64,000 nucleotides of DNA from a virus (lineage: Duplodnaviria > Heunggongvirae > Uroviricota > Caudoviricetes): IMG/VR virus record IMGVR_UViG_3300042295_001370, positions 69,673-133,672 of that record; one strand, written 5' to 3'. How positions within the stretch are numbered: position 1 is the stretch's first letter; each line of letters opens with the position of its first letter. The position numbers were made by a program, and so were the translations under genes. The notes below the pieces were generated by a model. That model was not told where the DNA came from. It did no database searches and saw only the letters and a program-made list of their open reading frames with translations. Shown piece after piece: positions 54,940-63,400 of the stretch.

Positions 54940-55295
54940 GAATCCTCACTTGAGCTAAGCAATGCTCGCATTGTTTTGGCACTCCGGCTGCCTGGCAGCA
55001 TAAGGGTTTGAGAGCCAACTGGCTCGTAAATGCTGTTGGGTTGATATTGGCCCAACAATTCCACACTGTCTGGTGGAAATTTCCACAAGATAAGCGCCAA
55101 CAATACCAACCCAAGTCCGGTGGCGCCCATTGCAGAGAACAAAATCAACAGTTTGAAAAACTGTTCATATGTGAGATCGTTGCCCTTGCGCCACTCATAC
55201 CAAATTATCAGGGGAAGCATGAGGCCCACACAAATGGCCATTATAGCCACTTGTGACCAAAAGAACACTGACAAAAATAAGGCCACTATATTCAA
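54936..55295 (-). CDS. small membrane protein, paralog B (C-terminal GSRSAKTMRAL)
   Basis: Hydrophobic helices, then ...LMLPGSRSAKTMRALLSSSEDS. Tandem with paralog A. Confidence 0.45.
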   Translation of the reverse strand: MNIVALFLSVFFWSQVAIMAICVGLMLPLIIWYEWRKGNDLTYEQFFKLLILFSAMGATGLGLVLLALILWKFPPDSVELLGQYQPNSIYEPVGSQTLMLPGSRSAKTMRALLSSSEDS

Positions 55296-55653
55296 TTGGA
55301 GTCCTTTCTCATTGACTCAACAATATAACACTCTCCTACCAAGTCAACAGAAAAGTTGGTGATTTTGATAGCATGAATGCGCCTTGGAGCTTAACATATG
55401 AGCAACAGCAGTATTGATATGGCGGTAAATGGCATCCGCTGGCGGAAGGGACAGGTGACCTGTCAGGAACGCAAACAAGTCGGTGGAACTCTGCCCACCG
55501 GACCGGGAAGCACCGCTGTCTGTTATGCAAAGAAACTCTCCAGCGCGAACCCGGAATAACAAGCCCAGTCACAGAATAGGCTCAAATCATCTTCGCAGTG
55601 TGAGGCACTGTGTTCAAATGGATCGCTCTGTCTGTGCATTGACAACGATCAGG

Positions 55654-55689
55654 AAAACTGGAGGTTGATTGGGTCTCCTCCAGTTTTTT
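55654..55689. terminator. strong bidirectional intrinsic terminator AAAACTGGAGG-(12 nt)-CCTCCAGTTTTTT
   Basis: Perfect 11-bp stem (7-bp GC-rich core) with a T-run on the plus strand and an A-run/T-run on the minus strand. It lies in a gene-poor, hairpin-rich region. Confidence 0.6.
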
Positions 55690-55889
55690 GCCGCTACTGA
55701 ACAATTTTTGTTCGAGATAGGATGTGGATCCCCAAGGATCAAGAAGTACCGAGTAACCACTTCTGTAGACATACAGCATCAAAACCCAGTCTCTGCGTAC
55801 TGCCGGGAAAGCTTTTATCTCCCTGACTTGCTCAGGGAGAGTATGTTCTCTGAGCCAACCAGGAAATACCCAATTGTATAATCAGGTGT

Positions 55890-56204
55890 TTATAGTATAT
55901 CTACAAACTCTATTCGATTCCTGAATGCACTGTTGAAATAGAGTGCATCATCAAAATAGATTGCCAATATAAAACTCACATTGGGATAGATCCCTCTGTA
56001 ATACAAACTCAAGTGTTCCTCATTACTGTTCAACATCAGCCAGGTGTAGAGATCAGGCCAATGTGTCTGGAAAAACCGCATTCTCTCAGTTTCATCTTTA
56101 GTAACTTGTGTTGTTTCATTCTCATCAAGATCATCAGAGAGAGTATAGAAAAAACCATTGGCAAAACGCCGAGTGGCACGAATGGGATCAAGCTGCCTCA
56201 TCAT
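55890..56204 (-). CDS. small protein, 'FPDLYTW' paralog family member
   Basis: MMRQLD... ...FFQTHWPDLYTWLMLNSNEEHLSLYY. Confidence 0.4.
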   Translation of the reverse strand: MMRQLDPIRATRRFANGFFYTLSDDLDENETTQVTKDETERMRFFQTHWPDLYTWLMLNSNEEHLSLYYRGIYPNVSFILAIYFDDALYFNSAFRNRIEFVDIL

Positions 56205-56520
56205 CTTCTCCCCAAGCAGCTTGAAATCTCTCAAAGGCCCTTTCTCCCAACAGCAGCTCAAATTGCCAATTGGTGCTTGTGTCCCAGGCAGTCACTAAGT
56301 CCCACTCTTCACCATCTAAATTCAAGATACACCAGGTATAGAGATCAGGGAAATTTTCTTGAAACAACAGAAGTCTTGAGTGTGCGTTCCTTGTAGCCAG
56401 GACTTTTTCATGTTTGGTGAGATTGTTAGCCAATGGATACACAAACACACCATCTCCTCGACTATAAGGGGGGTTGTAGTCAAACGGTGTCAAGGATCTG
56501 ATCCTCCCAGGCAGCTTCAA
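56188..56520 (-). CDS. small protein, 'FPDLYTW' paralog family member
   Basis: ...LLFQENFPDLYTWCILNLDGEEWDLVTAWD. Confidence 0.4.
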   Translation of the reverse strand: MKLPGRIRSLTPFDYNPPYSRGDGVFVYPLANNLTKHEKVLATRNAHSRLLLFQENFPDLYTWCILNLDGEEWDLVTAWDTSTNWQFELLLGERAFERFQAAWGEDDEAA

Positions 56521-56782
56521 ACAGAGGTCTCACATTATAGACCAGCAACAAATCAAGGGTTTCAAAAGGTATCTTGTAGCCTATATCCCACTCATAATGC
56601 GGCACATTCAACTCTAGCCAACACCAAAGTTCAGGAAAATAGTGTTGTAGCCACCCTTTGCGACCACCATACTGGTGGAAAATGTTCTCCAAATGATGGT
56701 TGAGGAAATTGTCGGCTAATGGGTAGCGCCAGTGCCCACCAGCATCAATGCACTGCCATCGGTCAAGCTTTCTCATCATCAC
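56480..56782 (-). CDS. small protein, 'FPDLYTW' paralog family member
   Basis: MMMRKLD... ...LQHYFPELWCWLELNVPHYEWDIGY. Confidence 0.4.
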   Translation of the reverse strand: MMMRKLDRWQCIDAGGHWRYPLADNFLNHHLENIFHQYGGRKGWLQHYFPELWCWLELNVPHYEWDIGYKIPFETLDLLLVYNVRPLFEAAWEDQILDTV

Positions 56783-57341
56783 TTCCCATCAAATCCTTCA
56801 GCATGAGTTTGAAGGTCTCAGCCTGCTCGAGCGAATCTGCAAGAGCGTTGTGAGTGTGCGGCAACTTGCTAAACCAATGTCGTGGCCAATTCCTTTTCAC
56901 ACTCTCACGGTAAGGCAGCCGCAGCATGCACATGGCCATGGTCTTCATGTCTAACACACTGAAACTGAACACACTTTTCCCTGTGAAACGCATGAGATAG
57001 TAATACACCCAAGTGAAGTCAAATCCACTGGGCATGCACACTGCCACTGGACTACCAGGAAAACTTGCCACCCACTGACTGAAATGGGGCATAGCCTCCT
57101 CTGGGCTTTGACACCACACTCGCGTCTCATCATAATATTTTTGATGTTGTGCCCAGAAATCCATTGTTTTGGGGTCTGGTTTGGCCTCAGGCAACAGATT
57201 CAAGTTCACATAGTAGGTGTCAAGATTGTTGCCCTGTTCATCAAAAGCCACACAACCCAAGCTCAACATACTATTGAGTCCTGGACAGGGTCCATCGGTT
57301 TCGATGTCTATGGAAAAATAAGCTGTTGTTTTCTTGCTCAT
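56763..57341 (-). CDS. DEDDh 3'-5' exonuclease (DnaQ/RNase T-like)
   Basis: Exo I motif FSIDIETDG and Exo III motif H..ALADS, with the correct spacing for the DEDDh fold. Confidence 0.7.
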   Translation of the reverse strand: MSKKTTAYFSIDIETDGPCPGLNSMLSLGCVAFDEQGNNLDTYYVNLNLLPEAKPDPKTMDFWAQHQKYYDETRVWCQSPEEAMPHFSQWVASFPGSPVAVCMPSGFDFTWVYYYLMRFTGKSVFSFSVLDMKTMAMCMLRLPYRESVKRNWPRHWFSKLPHTHNALADSLEQAETFKLMLKDLMGSDDEKA

Positions 57342-57593
57342 GGGGCCAAAATAACATGCCAGCCACTTGTGTCAAGGAGGAATTGGTAAATTCCCAATGT
57401 ATTTGGTCACCAACTGAGTTAAACTCTATGGTGACGTCAATGTCATAAATTGTTTCCTGTTTGCGGAAACCTACATTTTCATATGTGTTTGTGATTTGAG
57501 TTTCCAGTACTGCTATTCTTAGCAGTGTCATGGAACAGTCTCGTGGAAATTTGAGACAAACAGTGAGGGGTTGGGTCACACCCCTATTTAAGC

Positions 57594-57863
57594 TCAATCG
57601 TTCCTGATGAACATTTGTGTGAACTGCATTGAATAATCTTCGATATTCTCTCTGAGATGATCAATGCCTTTTGGTGTGTGAAGAGCCTCTGTTCGGAAGA
57701 GAGTGTTGACAACCACTGTAGGCAGTTGGTTTTCAATCATCTCTACGATCTTTTCCCGCTTGCTGGGCTCAAGATCTTTGCTGGCCACATACAGCATTTC
57801 ACTGACTCTGGTGACAATGCCCACAGCCAGTTCTTCAAGTTGGGTTGATATGTTGGTGCTCAT
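57594..57863 (-). CDS. hypothetical protein
   Basis: 89-aa ORF. Confidence 0.4.
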   Translation of the reverse strand: MSTNISTQLEELAVGIVTRVSEMLYVASKDLEPSKREKIVEMIENQLPTVVVNTLFRTEALHTPKGIDHLRENIEDYSMQFTQMFIRND

Positions 57864-57891
57864 AGCAGAGTTTGTACAATTATGTGTGTAC

Positions 57892-57907
57892 GTGTCAAAA
57901 TTGACAC
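57892..57907. promoter_or_regulatory. 16-bp perfect palindrome GTGTCAAAATTGACAC in a divergent intergenic region
   Basis: It contains TTGACA in both orientations, between the minus gene 57594..57863 and the plus-strand homing endonuclease gene. Confidence 0.4.
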
Positions 57908-57978
57908 TAAATACAATTGCGGTCCGCGAGCCTCTAACCTCTCCGACCGCTCTAAACGCTATGAAGGAGCATTCAGCA

Positions 57979-58913
57979 TGAAATTATTGCCTAGGGTATC
58001 TTTGCCTATCAACCATCCGTATTTAGACAACAAATACACTCAATGGTATTACAGTATAATTGAATCAGCAAGAATTCGTCAACTTGTTGGGTATACAGAA
58101 CAACATCACATAGTCCCTGACTCTTTCTTTTTACATCGTAATCGGAAGGGTACAAGAGGATGGATTGAAGGAAATTCAAATGACCCTTCGAATTTAGTTC
58201 GCCTCACAGCAAGAGAACATTTGTTATGTCATCAACTATTGATTTATATAGTATCTACTGACTCAGCGAAAGCTAAAATGATTTATGCACTGAATTATAT
58301 GGTAGGTTATCGAACAAATTCACATTTTGTTACTGCATCTCTATATGAGAAGTGCAGAAAGATGGTATCACAAGTCAGGACAGGCAGAAAACATTCACCA
58401 GAAACCTGCAAGAAGATAGGAGAAAGTAGCAAAGGCAGAACTCCCTCAGAGGAGTCCAATAGAAAAAGATCAGAAGCTTTGAAAGGTAAAAAACAGCCAC
58501 TAGAATTAGTGGCTAAACGCGCAGCTAAATTGAAGGGTCGTATTGTATCCGAGCAAACTAGAGCCTTATTATCCCAAATCAATATGGGCAAGGTCAGTAA
58601 ACTCCGTGGCATTCCGCGCAGCGAAGAAGTAAAAGAAAAATCACGTCAAAAAAACAAGCAGAATTACACCAACGGAATGGTTAACCCGTTCAAAGGAAAG
58701 AAACACAGCGATTTGTCAAAACAGAAAATGAGCGAGATTAAAAAGGGTAAAACTCAATCTGAAGAAACAAAAAGGAAAATCAGCGAAAATAACAAAGGTC
58801 GCAAGCTTTCGGATGAGACAAAAAAGAAAATCAGTGAAAGCAGACAAGGTCTCAAACATTCTGACGAGTCAAAAAGAAAAATGTCTGCAAGTGCTAAAAA
58901 TAGGCGGAAATAA
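57979..58913 (+). mobile_element. HNH homing endonuclease with C-terminal NUMOD3 DNA-binding repeats (free-standing homing endonuclease gene)
   Basis: N-terminal EQHHIVPDSFFLHRN (HNH-3-type). C-terminal tandem G[RK]x(2)SEE[ST]K[RK]K[IM]S repeats (NUMOD3). Opposite strand to its neighbours. A GAAGGAG ribosome-binding site precedes ATG 57979. Confidence 0.7.
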
Positions 58914-58936
58914 CTTCCGCCTATTGAGGCAATTAT

Positions 58937-60199
58937 CTAGCCTGCATCTCCTGTTTCAGCCACCCCTTCTTCTTTTGTGAACCGCACCCAGGTACCAAAC
59001 GGCGGAACGATATTCTTGTTCCAAGGATTGTTGACAAGCCAAACAACGGGACAGAAATTGGGCTCGCCAAACTCACTTGATTCAAGATCTGTGAAGATGA
59101 TCAATACCTTGGGCTCAACATTCATTTCCTTGAGTGATCTAATAACCACAGAAATGTCGGTTCCGCCGCCACCCATGGGCTCATACTCCAGCAGCTCTTC
59201 AATGTTTTCTGGAGTAAACTCCTGGCGATTATAGAGCCGGGTATCAAAGGTGCTGACTGCAAGCCGGAAATTATCATATTGTGAAGTTATCCCCAAAACT
59301 TCACTTAGAAAGTCGCGTGCCATGTCAGCAGAGATGCTGCCGCTTTGGTCAATGCTGACCTCCACATCCACAGTTTCCTCACGCTCCAGGCTGGCAAACA
59401 CCACATCACCACCATGATGGCGACGATTGGGGCGCCGGTAGGTGTAGTCGCTTGTGAGTTGGCTTTGAATAGTCTCGCGAATGAAGTCACGCCAGTTGAT
59501 CTTGGGCTCCACAAGATGGTCCACAAGACGTGCAATGCTGGCTGGAAGATTTCCAGCAGAGGCATTGGCAGCTTGCAGAACCTTGTCTTTGAGCTCAGCT
59601 CGAAGCTGTTTGAGGCTTTCCTCATCAATCTCAACAGGAATGCCTTGGTTGCTTTTTTGCCCATCTGAGTTTTGGGCATCTTTGCCCATCTCAATGTGCA
59701 CGTCGAGAGTAAGCTGTTTCTTCACCTTGCGCTTTACAAGGTCGTCATAGACTTTTTCTGACGTCCAGCCCAGATACTTGCTGTCGTAGAGGCCAACACG
59801 CTGGGTGGATTTGCCATCAGCGTCTTTAACTTCTACCTTTTTTTCTGGCATTTTGCCAATCTTGTCTTGCACAAGTAGGCCGTTTATAACGTAATCATTG
59901 GCCATGTTAAACCACTGCGGATCACGATGGCTGCGTCGACCAAAGTGATCAAAGATACAATGGTAGCACTCGTGCGCAAAAACAAACAGCACTTCATCAA
60001 CTGATAGGTCGTTGATGAAATTTCGGTTGTAGTAGATATATCGACCATCAACCGCAGCAGTCGGGCACCATCCAGCATCAGTTGCGTCCTTAACCGGAAG
60101 GTTCATGACCAATGTTCCGAAAAAAGGATGGGTGAACATCAACTTCAATCGAGCCTTGCGGATCTTGGTCATAGCTGAATCGTCATTGGCGATAGACAT
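58937..60199 (-). CDS. putative zinc metallopeptidase (HExxH) + von Willebrand factor A domain protein (DUF2201-like)
   Basis: FAHECYHCIFDH (HExxH) in the N-terminal half. DQSGSISADM (DxSxS MIDAS) starts the C-terminal vWA-like half. Confidence 0.6.
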   Translation of the reverse strand: MSIANDDSAMTKIRKARLKLMFTHPFFGTLVMNLPVKDATDAGWCPTAAVDGRYIYYNRNFINDLSVDEVLFVFAHECYHCIFDHFGRRSHRDPQWFNMANDYVINGLLVQDKIGKMPEKKVEVKDADGKSTQRVGLYDSKYLGWTSEKVYDDLVKRKVKKQLTLDVHIEMGKDAQNSDGQKSNQGIPVEIDEESLKQLRAELKDKVLQAANASAGNLPASIARLVDHLVEPKINWRDFIRETIQSQLTSDYTYRRPNRRHHGGDVVFASLEREETVDVEVSIDQSGSISADMARDFLSEVLGITSQYDNFRLAVSTFDTRLYNRQEFTPENIEELLEYEPMGGGGTDISVVIRSLKEMNVEPKVLIIFTDLESSEFGEPNFCPVVWLVNNPWNKNIVPPFGTWVRFTKEEGVAETGDAG

Positions 60200-60294
60200 A
60201 ATAAGTGGCCTCCTTGCGTAGTGGCATATTCAGCATAATATACAACCAAAAACTCTTAAGTCACGTGGAAATTTGGGAAAAAATTTTTCCCGAC

Positions 60295-60308
60295 GGTGTC
60301 AGGACACC
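60295..60308. promoter_or_regulatory. 14-bp palindrome GGTGTC-AG-GACACC, adjacent to GGGAAAAAATTTTTCCC, in a divergent intergenic region
   Basis: Seen directly in the sequence. It shares the GTGTC/GACAC half-site with the palindrome at 57892. Confidence 0.3.
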
Positions 60309-60472
60309 TTAAAAAGGTAGAGGCAAAACGGTAATCAACTACCTAGCTCCAAGACCATTCCGTAAATAGGGGTAGCCGAGTTTGATCCAGCAGGGGAGAG
60401 CGAAGATGGTTCAGCCATTTTTGTTGTAGTGCAGGAAAGAACTCTGAAAACGAAAACAAGGTGTAATCCACT

Positions 60473-63400
60473 ATGGCGATAAAAATTTGTGGGAATATAG
60501 TGATTCCCAATAGTACAGGATGCAATACGACTGCACTTAACACAGCCGTGGGTATCAATGCACTTTGTAATCTCAACACAGGTGTTAGCAATACAGCTTT
60601 TGGTGGTGGGGCTCTTCTGGCTGTCTCAACCGGCTCTCTGAACATGGGTCTAGGTGTCTATGCTGGTGGTAGCATCACAACAGGCTGTGCCAACACAGTG
60701 ATTGGGCAGTTGGCTGGTACCCCAGGCCTCGTTGACACTGTGCTGATTGGTGCTGGCACAACTGAGAGATTGCGTGTTGACGCCAATTGTCTAGTTGTCA
60801 ACAATGGCACTGGTGATGTGTGTGCCCGCTGCTTCTTTGGTTGTGGTGCTGGTTTAACTGGCATTTCTGGCGGGGCAGTTTCAGCAGCAACTCCAATTCA
60901 ATTGGGAACTGTGTATGGCCTCACAAGCAACAACTCCAACACTGCAATAGGATACTGTGCAGGCAGCACAACCAGCACAGGCACAGAAAATATTGCTATT
61001 GGTTGTTTGGCGCTCAGCAATAACACAACTGGCGTTCAAAACACTGCCGTGGGGGTAGACGCGCTCAAATCCAATACGATTGGGCAAGAAAATACTGCCC
61101 TTGGCAGCGACGCGTTGTTCTCAAACACAACTGGCAATTGGAACGTGGCTGTAGGGCGGTGTGCACTATATGCCAACACTGTGGGCCAAATGAATGTGGC
61201 TGTTGGGCGGAACAGTCTGTGCACTAATACCACTGGCAGCTTCAATGCCGCATTTGGTGAAGCCACCCTGTTGTGCAACACAACAGGCAGCTACAATACT
61301 GCACTGGGCACAAGCGCCTTGCGTTGCAATACCCAAGGCAACTTGAACATTGCTGTTGGCAACAACAGTTTGTTTAACAACACCAGTGGCAGTCGGAACA
61401 TTGCTGTTGGTGACTGTGCCCTGTTCAATAGTGTGAGTGGATCAGACAACGTAGCTGTTGGCAGCAGTGCCCTGGGAGGACTCACTAACGGCTTATGGAA
61501 CATCGCTGTGGGCTCAAATGCTTTGCGCTGCAACACCACAGGCTGCAACAATATTGCTTTGGGATTCTCCAGCATGTGCAGCAGCTCAGTTGGTTCAGAC
61601 AATGCTGCATTTGGATCGTTTGCCCTCTCTGCCAACACAACAGGAACCTTGAATACAGCTATCGGCCACTACGCATCATGTGCCAACACCATTGGAGCAT
61701 GCAATATTGCTCTTGGCGCATGCTCACTAGCTGCAAACACATCGGGTGGTAGCAACGTTGCTGTTGGGCCATTTGCTTTGGCCAGCAATACAGTAGGAGT
61801 TCGTAACATTGCAATGGGCAGATGTGCTTTGGCCGCTAATACTGGCAACTGCAACATTGGCATTGGTGTTCTTTCGCTACTCAACACAACTACTGGTGCA
61901 TGTAATATAGCAATTGGCAACAGCAGTGGGGGTAATATCACAACCGGAACCAGCAATACTATTATAGGTAATTTATCAGGTTGTGCTGGCCTCACCGCCA
62001 CTGTATTGATTGGCGCAGGGGCTACTGAACGTATCCGTGTTGACGCCAATTGTCTAGTTGTAAACAATGGCACTGGTGATGTGTGTGCTCGCTGCTTCTT
62101 TGGCTGTGGTGCTGGTTTAACTGGCATTAGCGGCGGAAGTGTGTCTGCTGCTACTCCCACAAGTTTGGGGACAGTTTATGCCAACACTCCTGTTGGGTCG
62201 AATGTGCAGTTGGGATATAATGCTGGCAATACTACTGCTACTGGAGCAGATAACATTGCAGTTGGTTGTCTAGCTTTGGTCAACAACGGTTTTGGATGTC
62301 AAAACTTGGCATTTGGCAGCAGCAGCATGTGTGCAAGCACAACTGGGCGCAGTAATATCGCAATAGGCATTGACACCATGATGTTAGGAGGCGGGCCGTG
62401 TGGTAACATTGGTGTTGGTAACGGGGCTCTTTGTTGCGTAAGTGGCACACAGGGAACAGCCAATGTGGCTCTGGGACATTTTGCCTTGAGAAGGACTACA
62501 ACTGGTGGCTACAACACTGCGGTTGGTGAGCAAGTACTTCAAAACAATACAATAGGATGCCAAAACATAGGTTTTGGTGCCTTTGCATTGGGGGCTAATA
62601 CCTCAGGCTTTAACAACATTGGAATTGGGGCTTATGCTGTAGACGCCAATACCACAGGAGTGGAAAATGTTGGTATAGGCACTTGCAGCCTTACAGCTAA
62701 CACAATAGGTTTGTGCAATACTGCGGTTGGCGGGAATAGTCTTAAGTCAAATACTATAGGCTGTTTCAATACAGCACTTGGATTCATGGCCCTGAACTGC
62801 AACACAACTGGTAACAGCAACATTGGTATAGGCGTTTGTGCAGGTTTTTCAATAACAACTGGGTGCAGTAATACAGTAATTGGTAACTTGGCTGGCACAG
62901 CTGATTGTGTGAACACAGTGTTGATAGGCGCTGGAACAAACGAAAGACTAAGAGTTGACGCAAACTGTTTGGTTGTCAACAACGGCACAGGGGACGTGTG
63001 TGCAAGATGTTATTTTGGTTGCGGCGCTGCTTTAACAGGTGTTGCGGCTACTACTGCCAATTTGGACATCTATGCCAGCTATAAGGTTGGTAACGGCCTT
63101 ACAGTCAGTACAGGAACAAACAACTTTGCTTTTGGCCAAGGTGCGCTTTGTTGTAACCGAAATGGTTGTAGCAATACAGCTATCGGTGCGAGTGCTCTAC
63201 GATGCAATACAACTGGTAGCAATAACATTGCAGTTGGTTGTTTGGCACTCCAATTTAATACAAGTGGTAACAATAACATAGGCATGGGCTTTGATGCCCT
63301 TGGCACTAATTTTAATGGCAGTGACAACATTGCATTGGGGGCATGTGCTCTAAGGAACAATATTACCAATTCAAACATAGCAATTGGCGGCGCTGCCCTA

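Noticed and set aside
55336-55572. 78-aa ORF ending '...FLLTW*' that could be counted as another LTW-family member
   Set aside because: The terminal LTW is encoded by TTGACTTGG, which doubles as the -35-like box upstream of gene 54936..55295. The rest of the ORF lacks the family's conserved W-C-x3-F-G and acidic elements and lies in a GC-elevated, hairpin-dense segment. It is more likely non-coding.
57271-57597. 108-aa ORF overlapping the start of the DEDDh exonuclease gene by 71 nt
   Set aside because: The exonuclease's Exo I motif starts 8 residues after its first Met, which fixes that start. The overlapping ORF has no motif and no promoter or ribosome-binding site of its own, so it is left uncalled.
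57913-57950. tRNA-like string ggtccgcgagcctctaacctctccgaccgc upstream of the homing endonuclease gene
   Set aside because: No cloverleaf can be drawn: there is no acceptor stem pairing and no T-loop GTTCRANYC. No other candidate tRNA (GTTCGA/TTCGAAT signatures) was seen anywhere in the window.
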